DNA of 64,000 bases, taken from a virus. Taxonomy: Duplodnaviria > Heunggongvirae > Uroviricota > Caudoviricetes. Made by a program: the position numbers and the translations under genes. Positions 45,725 through 52,867 of this stretch are shown here, in pieces. The DNA lies in the IMG/VR virus record IMGVR_UViG_2827179085_000005, positions 1-64,000 of that record; one strand, 5' to 3'. Each line of letters starts with the position of its first letter. Within the stretch, counting starts at the first letter, position 1. The notes below the pieces were generated by a model that was given only the letters and a program-made list of their open reading frames with translations, ran no database searches and had not been told where the DNA came from.

Positions 45725-47026
45725 ATGTTAGAAGGAGGGATGGTATTGGATGCAACAATCATTAAAACAATTGGAGAGCTAGTCCAAGACACAAGGCGCT
45801 CATTAAATATGACGATCACTCAATTATCAGAATTGTCAGGTGTCTCTAGAGGGATAATATCAAGAATCGAAAATGACGAAGTAAAGCGCCCTGAGTTTTC
45901 GTGTGTACATTCGTTAGCAACGGCATTGGAGATCCATTTTGAAACGTTGGTTAATTATTACGTCGAGATCGAGAAAAAGGCTGAGACATTGTTTAATATG
46001 CTCCAAACAACGATTGCAGAAGGCAGTAGTACTGAACTAATCAAGAAAGTAGCCACAAAATACCTCAACGCTCCGAATGAAGACAGCTTAGATTTAACCG
46101 AAAAGCTATATCACTATATCAACTCCTTAGAAGACACCTCCATTAAATTATCACTGTATAACCTCATCATTGACTATTCACGATCACATGGGATCATGCC
46201 CTATATTGCAAAAGGATTGTATCAACGATACCTAATTGAGCGGTACGACTTTTCCAAGTTAAAAGAAACCTATCAAAATGGGAAATACGTTCTCCAATAT
46301 GTTGATTTCTTATCGTCCGAAGAGCGAGTATGTCTATATTACAAGTTAGCTATTCATGCATATACTCTAAATTATCACAATGAATGCATTGATTACTGTA
46401 AGAAAGTATTGAAAAACGGAGATAGTCATTTCAAAGCAGATGCACTTGGCGTCCTTATCGATGCGTATTTCAGCATTGGAGCATACACTGAATCAGAACT
46501 GTACCTACTGCAATATAAAGACTTTTCTTATCCGCATACAAAAGAAAATGTCGTTCTTATGGATGCGTTTTACATGGTTAGAAAGGGAGAAACGGCAAAA
46601 GCAGAGGAGCTACTGTTATCTTTTTTACAGACGTGCAGCAATGACTCAATTATTCCTGCATCTAAACAATTACTTCAATTGTACTTACAGCAGAATAATA
46701 TTGAAGGAGCAAAAGCTATTCTGGAAAATGAAAGGGCAACAGCATCTCTCGTAGACAAAAGAAATGCATTAGTTTGTGCTACATATGCTGATTATCTTTG
46801 GATCAAGGCAGAGTATTATAAGACTGTGGGCGACGTAGACAAAAGTATTGAACACATGGTAGAATGTGCCTTATGGTACTCCAAAATAGATGATGCGTCA
46901 AAGGAAAAAGAAGCTTTGAATACCGCAATGCATCTCCATTTTATGAATAACGTTTCACCTCAGTCTACACTTGATAAATTAAGGGATTACTATCAGCGAA
47001 GCTCTAAATTGGAGGGATTGTCATGA
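45725..47026 (+). CDS. RNPP-family quorum-sensing regulator (N-terminal XRE HTH + TPR-like helical repeats; NprR/PlcR/AimR-like)
   Basis: LNMTITQLSELSGVSRGIISRIENDE XRE HTH; ~370 aa of helical-repeat sequence; likely real start TTG 45746 after GGAGGG. Confidence 0.65.
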   Translation: MLEGGMVLDATIIKTIGELVQDTRRSLNMTITQLSELSGVSRGIISRIENDEVKRPEFSCVHSLATALEIHFETLVNYYVEIEKKAETLFNMLQTTIAEGSSTELIKKVATKYLNAPNEDSLDLTEKLYHYINSLEDTSIKLSLYNLIIDYSRSHGIMPYIAKGLYQRYLIERYDFSKLKETYQNGKYVLQYVDFLSSEERVCLYYKLAIHAYTLNYHNECIDYCKKVLKNGDSHFKADALGVLIDAYFSIGAYTESELYLLQYKDFSYPHTKENVVLMDAFYMVRKGETAKAEELLLSFLQTCSNDSIIPASKQLLQLYLQQNNIEGAKAILENERATASLVDKRNALVCATYADYLWIKAEYYKTVGDVDKSIEHMVECALWYSKIDDASKEKEALNTAMHLHFMNNVSPQSTLDKLRDYYQRSSKLEGLS

Positions 47027-47133
47027 AAAACAAATTTAGTAAATTGGTTTTTAACACCCTTCTGGTTGCGGTTCTTGTTTCCGAAGCAGTAGTCCAGTTT
47101 ACTGGTGGCTCTGGAAGTGTTCATCCGTTTTAG
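47023..47133 (+). CDS. secreted signalling pro-peptide candidate (36 aa; Phr/NprX/PapR/AimP-like)
   Basis: GGAGGG RBS 6 nt upstream; ATGA overlap with regulator stop; MKNKFSKLVFNTLLVAVLVS signal-like N-term, C-terminal ...GSGSVHPF. Confidence 0.5.
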   Translation: MKNKFSKLVFNTLLVAVLVSEAVVQFTGGSGSVHPF

Positions 47134-47150
47134 GCAGTGAAGAGAGTAGC

Positions 47151-47190
47151 ACCCAATATGGTGTTACTCTTTTTCATTTTTCGACAATGT
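47151..47190 (+). terminator. rho-independent terminator
   Basis: AGAGTAGCACC-CAATAT-GGTGTTACTCT + TTTTCATTTTT. Confidence 0.65.
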
Positions 47191-47268
47191 GTTGAAGTGT
47201 AATATTTTCACATATCTTACTAGAACGTGCATTATACTCAGAAAGAAGAGATAGTGTACGCGAGGTGA

Positions 47269-47430
47269 GTGATTATAGACTCTTTAGAGAATAGAATTAT
47301 TGAACTAAGGAAGAAACTTAAAGAAATTGTTCAGATTAAAGGTGGCTTTATAGACGAAGAAGTAGTTGAAATTAGCCGACAACTGGATGAATTAATACTA
47401 GAAATGCAGAAGAAACGATCAAGAAGTTAA
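47269..47430 (+). CDS. Spo0E-like small protein (53 aa)
   Basis: SRQLDELILEMQ matches Spo0E-family SQELDxLI motif; GTG start, GAGGTG nearby; not in supplied ORF list (<60 aa). Confidence 0.4.
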   Translation: MIIDSLENRIIELRKKLKEIVQIKGGFIDEEVVEISRQLDELILEMQKKRSRS

Positions 47431-47688
47431 CACTTGTTACTAACAATATCCGAACGAACGTCTTCCTGGCACAGCTCTAATCTCTCTTTAATTACGAACG
47501 TTAGGGTTGTGCCGGCACAGATAACATACGTGTATTTAAGTAATTCCGACTGGCCGAGGTTGGGATTGTTTTTGTTTATATTGATAGAAAACAGCCTATT
47601 AGTCGGGCTGTTCTCTACAGGATACCAAGACATATGATATAATATAAATACCATGCTATTTCTAAAGTTGAAAAAGGGGATTATACAA

Positions 47689-48012
47689 ATGGCATTTAAA
47701 ATTACTAACAAAGAAGAATTTGATGCATTAAAAAATAAGCCAGATGTCAAAAAAGTAGAATATGGCGCACAGTTTGATACACTGCTAAGTGAAGGTGAAT
47801 TAATCTTCTTTGAAATGTCAGATGGTTATGGATCGTTTAGAATTAAAAAAGGTTTTGGGCTTAGTAAGCCAAAGGGTGAAATTTATATGCTAAAATTTGA
47901 GGAAAAAATTCCTCAAATATATGAGAACAAAGATATCAAAAAACTTAAAGGTATCTTCGATAACTTTTTCAAAAAAGAAGTAGATATGTTCTACATAGAA
48001 GGATTAAGATAA
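47689..48012 (+). CDS. hypothetical protein
   Basis: AAAGGGGA RBS; extended -10 TGaTATAAT upstream. Confidence 0.4.
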   Translation: MAFKITNKEEFDALKNKPDVKKVEYGAQFDTLLSEGELIFFEMSDGYGSFRIKKGFGLSKPKGEIYMLKFEEKIPQIYENKDIKKLKGIFDNFFKKEVDMFYIEGLR

Positions 48013-48199
48013 ATCATCAACAATACGTACAGCCTTATCATGATTTGGTGAGGCTGTACGCGGTGAATACCATTATATATGTATTTTTTACATATAGACT
48101 ATTTCATCAAAGTCGTGTTTTGTACTAATGTCTTTGACCTTGACTATCTTTGACTTTAAGTCTCCTATCATGCGTTAATCGACACAAAGTTGCGCTTTT

Positions 48200-48232
48200 T
48201 AATAAAAAAACCCTTATTCTGAATAAGGGAAA
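48200..48232 (-). terminator. rho-independent terminator (minus strand)
   Basis: CCCTTATTC-n-GAATAAGGG with A7 run upstream on plus = T-run on minus. Confidence 0.55.
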
Positions 48233-48281
48233 TAAATTTGGATTTTCCATCCTTATGTCAGCCAACTATACTAAAATCATG

Positions 48282-48401
48282 TTATGAGGTCAAGATGAAG
48301 AACTGGACTACGCCAAAAACAATTAAGAAGATGACAAGAATTAAAAGAACTGCAACGGTTCTAAGAATAAATTTCAAAATTTTCTTAGTGTCCTGATCCA
48401 T
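48282..48401 (-). CDS. small hydrophobic membrane peptide (39 aa), type I toxin-like
   Basis: AGGAGGTGG RBS 5 nt upstream of ATG; MDQDTKKILKFILRTVAVLLILVIFLIVFGVVQFFILTS; flanked by terminators; candidate TTGTTA-17-TAAAAT promoter at 48465-48493. Confidence 0.4.
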   Translation of the reverse strand: MDQDTKKILKFILRTVAVLLILVIFLIVFGVVQFFILTS

Positions 48402-48430
48402 AAATACCACCTCCTACATTAAATATATTA

Positions 48431-48470
48431 AATAACGGACAACATTATGAGTTGTCCGTTATTTATTTTA
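48431..48470. terminator. bidirectional hairpin terminator
   Basis: AACGGACAAC-ATTATGA-GTTGTCCGTT flanked by AT-rich runs. Confidence 0.55.
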
Positions 48471-48500
48471 CATTAATGACCAATAATTAACAACAACTAG

Positions 48501-49196
48501 CTAATTTGTACCCCAAAACATGTCGTGTTCGATTTCTTTTGTTAAAATGTCTCCGACTCCTCCAACTTCAATCCTTACAGTCAGGTCACCTTTGATTTGA
48601 GCACTTCCACCAGTTTTCTTGCTGTTGATTTGAACTGTCGATTTATTACTGCTGTGTTTGTATGTGTTCATTGGATGAAACCCATACAATCCACTGTCCG
48701 TGGTTGGAGTGCCGATTACTTTATCGTTTTTATCATACTTAGCGATGACAAAGGCTTTCATCCACCAGACTCCCCAGTCGTAAAATTTCGACTCATCTGT
48801 CTTTGTGTATTCCCCATCTGCCAGAATCTCGATTGTTGTTGTATTTTGTACTTGCATGGAAGTGTTATGTGTGGAAAACTCGCTGAAATAGTTAAGTAGG
48901 GCGGCGTATTCATCAACCGAATTGATTTTAATAGAGTTTGTGCCTACGTCTGAAAGCAATTGTGGCTCCCCGCCTCTTGTAAATCCTGTTGCTTGCTCAA
49001 CTTCTGCATACGTGCTAAACTTCCCTGCATATTTCGCAAAATACTCTGTCGGAACAATATCACGTACTGTTACTGGTGACTGTGTTACGACTCTCTGATC
49101 AGGTGATTCAACTGGCTTTGGGCTTGCGGATACTGCCGACATGAACAAGCTGCAACTAAGAAGTAAAGTCAAAGATGCAATAGATACTTTTTTCAT
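48501..49196 (-). CDS. secreted protein of unknown function
   Basis: Sec signal peptide; AGGAGGAATTAG RBS. Confidence 0.55.
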   Translation of the reverse strand: MKKVSIASLTLLLSCSLFMSAVSASPKPVESPDQRVVTQSPVTVRDIVPTEYFAKYAGKFSTYAEVEQATGFTRGGEPQLLSDVGTNSIKINSVDEYAALLNYFSEFSTHNTSMQVQNTTTIEILADGEYTKTDESKFYDWGVWWMKAFVIAKYDKNDKVIGTPTTDSGLYGFHPMNTYKHSSNKSTVQINSKKTGGSAQIKGDLTVRIEVGGVGDILTKEIEHDMFWGTN

Positions 49197-49380
49197 CTTC
49201 TAATTCCTCCTATAATTTGATACATTTAGGAAATACCCTAAATGTTGATCTTAATTTACCATATGCCAAAATACCTGTCTGTCGAAAATTGATGCTATAA
49301 AAAATATTTTTTAGAACTATGTAGTCAAATTGTCGTTTTATGTAATTCTTTTTAGTTCTTTATTATATCTAAAAAATAAA

Positions 49381-49412
49381 AAGATGCCTTATCGGGGCAT
49401 CCAAATTTTTTA
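49381..49412. terminator. bidirectional terminator
   Basis: GATGCC-n-GGCATC flanked by A-run and T-run. Confidence 0.5.
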
Positions 49413-49422
49413 TAACATCTAT

Positions 49423-49707
49423 CTATTCTTTAAGTTTAAGCAAGGTTTGATTATGCATGACGCATGCTTCCTCTTCTGAACTCCAACGTCCAACCATTTC
49501 AGTGGAGCCGTCAGGAGGGAAGATTACAGTCTCAAAAACCTGTTTAGAATTATTTATGCTATTATCTATCCCCGTCCAAATTGTTGAGACAAGAGTTTTA
49601 TCCTCTAAAGTAGTCTGTTCTACGACACGATAATTATCATCTTCGAGTAGATTTGCCCATTTCTCAAATTCCAAAGGATTTCCTTGGCGATCAAAGTGTA
49701 GATGCAT
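49423..49707 (-). CDS. hypothetical protein
   Basis: ORF. Confidence 0.45.
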   Translation of the reverse strand: MHLHFDRQGNPLEFEKWANLLEDDNYRVVEQTTLEDKTLVSTIWTGIDNSINNSKQVFETVIFPPDGSTEMVGRWSSEEEACVMHNQTLLKLKE

Positions 49708-49759
49708 GTGATATTACCTCTCTTGTACGTGTTTTTCTTAATTATACCACACGACAAAA

Positions 49760-49795
49760 AAATAAGCACCTTCTCAATAAGAAGGTGCTTATAGT
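49760..49795 (-). terminator. rho-independent terminator (minus strand)
   Basis: AAGCACCTTC-TCAATA-GAAGGTGCTT followed on minus strand by T8. Confidence 0.65.
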
Positions 49796-49802
49796 CGTTG
49801 TG

Positions 49803-50051
49803 TTATTTTCGTCCGAAAATGTCTTCTACAATACCAATAGTGAATCCTACAATTTCAGCAATAGTTTTAGAATCTACCTTGTTTTTTATGTTGTCAGGAA
49901 GCTTGTTATACAGACCGTAAACAATCTCTCCTTCCTTGTTCCGAAGCGTCTCAATCAAGGAACTGATCACAACGTCATAAACCTTGTTCGGTTGTTTAAA
50001 ATAAAGAATAACGATTAGAGCGACAACCAGTAAAGCGATTACGTATTCCAT
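49803..50051 (-). CDS. small membrane protein
   Basis: N-terminal TM MEYVIALLVVALIVILYF. Confidence 0.45.
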   Translation of the reverse strand: MEYVIALLVVALIVILYFKQPNKVYDVVISSLIETLRNKEGEIVYGLYNKLPDNIKNKVDSKTIAEIVGFTIGIVEDIFGRK

Positions 50052-50063
50052 GGTATCATCTCC

Positions 50064-50291
50064 TTATTTCATTTGTACGAGGATTTTCTGCAACAATTGA
50101 ACATAGTCACGCAAATCAGATTTGCTCATCGTATGAGCAATAGAGAACGCTACAGACTCATCGACGCTTTCTAGCTTGATAGTATTAGTATCAGGGTCAA
50201 CGACGATGAGGTTGCGTCTATCTGCGTCAATAGGAATCTGAACCTCTTTGATTACTTCCGAAAAGTCGGAATAACGAACTACTACTTCCAT
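50064..50291 (-). CDS. hypothetical protein
   Basis: ORF. Confidence 0.45.
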   Translation of the reverse strand: MEVVVRYSDFSEVIKEVQIPIDADRRNLIVVDPDTNTIKLESVDESVAFSIAHTMSKSDLRDYVQLLQKILVQMK

Positions 50292-50309
50292 TGACGTTCA
50301 CCTACCTTA

Positions 50310-50531
50310 TTAGATTTTCTGCAATAGCAAGAATAGCTTAGACACAAGACCTTTTTCTGTAAGCCATTCATCACCTTTGTCTTCGAGAATGCCAACCTTC
50401 TCGCCTTTTTCAATTGCTTCAAGGTTTGTAGTGGCGATGCCAAACATAATCGGCTTCGATTTTTCCTCAACAACTACTTTAGGTTCCACCTCAATAGAAC
50501 CTTTACGTCTGTTCTGTACTTTCTCTGCCAT
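50310..50531 (-). CDS. hypothetical protein
   Basis: AGGAGGG RBS. Confidence 0.45.
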   Translation of the reverse strand: MAEKVQNRRKGSIEVEPKVVVEEKSKPIMFGIATTNLEAIEKGEKVGILEDKGDEWLTEKGLVSKLFLLLQKI

Positions 50532-50544
50532 TATAAGCCCTCCT

Positions 50545-51489
50545 TTATTTCTGTGTTCTACTCATGATAGTGAACGTTAAACTAGCCAATTCGCCAGCGG
50601 TGAGCGTACCAGATTCAACTTTCTTCACCCAAACTTCTGGACTATTGATGACTGGTTCGCCATTAGTACCAATGACTTTGTTGTACTTGCGTACACCATT
50701 AATGATTTCATTTTTCTGCCATGTTTCCATTTTCATAGGCTCATCATCCTCATCTTTCTTTTCAATATTTGACCAAACCCAACTACCATCACTAATCTTA
50801 CGAATATTAGCATCAGTCCACTGTTCAGCGTATTTAACAGCATCAGCATACGCTATGAAGTCTTTAAGATACTTATTGCCCTGATATACAGCGTAAAGTG
50901 GTTTAGGCGGTTCTGTAGCTTGGCAATCTGCCAATTCATTAACAACATCTTGAATGAACTGCGCCTTACTGATACCCATGATCTTCAACGCATTCTTGAA
51001 TGGGTCTACCTTACGATCAGGGTCAAGTTCATCATGACCAACAATTTTCTTGCGAGGGTCAATATTAAACTTGTAGCAGAGATACGCATGATACCAAACA
51101 TAACGCTTGTATGCTTCTTTATTATTGATACTACCTTTTTTGTTTGAATAGCAAAGCTCAACACCAATAGCAACATCATTTGCATCTGCACCAAACAGCT
51201 TGTTATCTGTAGGTACGTTGTACAATACATGCCAAGCCTTCTCTGGTGCGCCTGTGGTTGCAGGAATGCATTCGATAATATCATTGTGGTCAATGAACGT
51301 ATGTGCCGAAGCAGATATTTCATTACGAGAATTTTCGTAGTATCCTACATTTCCTTTGGCTGTACTTCCATCGTTCCCTGTGTCGTGAGACACAATAAAC
51401 CCAACGTATGGCATCTTAATACCAGAGCGCCTTTTAGAATTGGGTGTAAGGTACTGCTTCTTGATATCGTATTTCATCTTGAATGACAT
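50545..51489 (-). CDS. N-acetylmuramoyl-L-alanine amidase endolysin (Amidase_2/PGRP type)
   Basis: N-terminal catalytic domain motifs (HDTGN...AHTFID...AWHV) like XlyA/CwlA; C-terminal binding domain. Confidence 0.85.
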   Translation of the reverse strand: MSFKMKYDIKKQYLTPNSKRRSGIKMPYVGFIVSHDTGNDGSTAKGNVGYYENSRNEISASAHTFIDHNDIIECIPATTGAPEKAWHVLYNVPTDNKLFGADANDVAIGVELCYSNKKGSINNKEAYKRYVWYHAYLCYKFNIDPRKKIVGHDELDPDRKVDPFKNALKIMGISKAQFIQDVVNELADCQATEPPKPLYAVYQGNKYLKDFIAYADAVKYAEQWTDANIRKISDGSWVWSNIEKKDEDDEPMKMETWQKNEIINGVRKYNKVIGTNGEPVINSPEVWVKKVESGTLTAGELASLTFTIMSRTQK

Positions 51490-51534
51490 ACCATTACCTC
51501 CTTTAATATACTTTCTTTGGCTTCCGAAAAATAC

Positions 51535-51825
51535 TTACGGAAGCCTTGGTTCTCGCCTGTCTTCTTGCTTGTGTTCATCATCTAACTGTGGTACATTCGG
51601 GTCATCGTCCTCGCCTTCACGCTTGTACGTGGTAATTTGCTCAACTACCTTCATGCCTGTAAATGCTCCCAATTCATAAGTGAGTAACATAAGCATATTT
51701 CCAGAAATATCACCAACTGCGATTGCTTGATACAAAGCAACACCTAACGTAATGAAGAAAGAGACGATGATTGCTGAGATTTTTGTTTCATCAAACGACA
51801 ATCCATCCTTTACCCACTTCATCAC
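51535..51825 (-). CDS. holin (two-TM, SPP1/XhlB-like)
   Basis: two hydrophobic helices, highly charged C-terminus, adjacent to amidase. Confidence 0.7.
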   Translation of the reverse strand: MMKWVKDGLSFDETKISAIIVSFFITLGVALYQAIAVGDISGNMLMLLTYELGAFTGMKVVEQITTYKREGEDDDPNVPQLDDEHKQEDRREPRLP

Positions 51826-51828
51826 CCA

Positions 51829-52173
51829 TCACCCATCCCTATCCCTAAACAATTGAAGTTCTGTACGCAAATCGTCAACCTTAACTTGTAGACGCTTGTT
51901 CTCCAATGTCAATTCCAGATTGATTTTATGAAGTTGCGCCACTTCTTCGCTCAAAGTCCTGATTTCCTCTCTTGCTCCTTCGAGGTCTGTTTTGTATTCA
52001 GTGATTATCTCCCTTAGCTCCTGCCTAAAAATCTTTTCATCTTCTGATAATGCTTTTCTGTCGCTCATAGTTATGTCTTTTCTGTTGGTATTCTTTGTCG
52101 CCCATAGCGTGCCAAGAGATCCTATAATTGCAGTTATTGCAGGAACGACAATTTGCATAACCTCTGGTGTCAT
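51829..52173 (-). CDS. holin-associated membrane protein (N-terminal TM + coiled coil; BhlA/XhlA-like)
   Basis: TM followed by heptad-repeat region; position in lysis cassette. Confidence 0.5.
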   Translation of the reverse strand: MTPEVMQIVVPAITAIIGSLGTLWATKNTNRKDITMSDRKALSEDEKIFRQELREIITEYKTDLEGAREEIRTLSEEVAQLHKINLELTLENKRLQVKVDDLRTELQLFRDRDG

Positions 52174-52270
52174 CGGGAATCACCCCTTTTCTACAAGAAA
52201 AATAGTGTCACTCCCTCTCTTTATATAAAGTGATGAGAGTTATCCAAGTTCGATAAATCGACAACTTACA

Positions 52271-52305
52271 AAAAATAAGGGAATGTCTTTTAGACATTCC
52301 CTTAT
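52271..52305 (-). terminator. rho-independent terminator (minus strand)
   Basis: 11-bp stem AAGGGAATGTC/GACATTCCCTT, T-run on minus. Confidence 0.65.
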
Positions 52306-52309
52306 GGTA

Positions 52310-52711
52310 TTACAGAACTACTTCTGTAGAGCCTGTGAAGCCATCACTCTTCGCTTTGAGAGCGGTGATAGCTGTCTCGATGCGTTCTTGAACTGTGTCG
52401 GAGAAGGCATTCGCTACATCTTCTGCTTTCGCACCATACTGCGCTTGCGTAAATACGCGAGTAATTGGGAAATCAGTTGGCAAATACTTGAACGCATCAC
52501 CAATAGTTGCTTCTGCCGTAGTGCCACCCTTCTTCTTCAATTCGCCACCGATATTGATGGACAATTTTCCGAAGTCGGAGAACAATTCTGTTTCTACATC
52601 CTGTACGTCAGCGATAGAAATAGCAACCTCATAATTGTTGCTTGCCAACTTCTTATCAATAACCAGTTTCATATTATCAACCTCTTTCTTCGTCATAATT
52701 GGGGGAGTCAC
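52310..52711 (-). CDS. hypothetical phage protein (133 aa)
   Basis: ORF between tail fibre and lysis genes. Confidence 0.45.
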   Translation of the reverse strand: MTPPIMTKKEVDNMKLVIDKKLASNNYEVAISIADVQDVETELFSDFGKLSINIGGELKKKGGTTAEATIGDAFKYLPTDFPITRVFTQAQYGAKAEDVANAFSDTVQERIETAITALKAKSDGFTGSTEVVL

Positions 52712-52833
52712 TATAGAAAGTGTTATTGAGGGTGAATATTCTCATTTTTTCACCATCAATGTTTTACTGCATTTTTCATCCTATCATTCTGAATAAAATC
52801 CAGATTCAATTTAGAGTTCTTAATGAAAATTAT

Positions 52834-52863
52834 ATAGCCCTACAGCTATGAGCTATAGGGCTA
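52834..52863 (-). terminator. possible terminator hairpin after tail-fibre gene
   Basis: ATAGCCCTA...TAGGGCTAT 9-bp stem. Confidence 0.35.
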
Positions 52864-52867
52864 TCTT

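Noticed and set aside
48020-48060. 9-bp stem hairpin (CGTACAGCC...GGCTGTACG) after gene 47689-48012
   Set aside because: It has a 17-nt loop and no T-run, so it is not convincingly a terminator.
51829-52173. Calling this protein XhlA specifically
   Set aside because: The topology (N-terminal TM, then coiled coil) fits BhlA/UviB-like proteins as well as XhlA, so it is left as a generic holin-associated protein.
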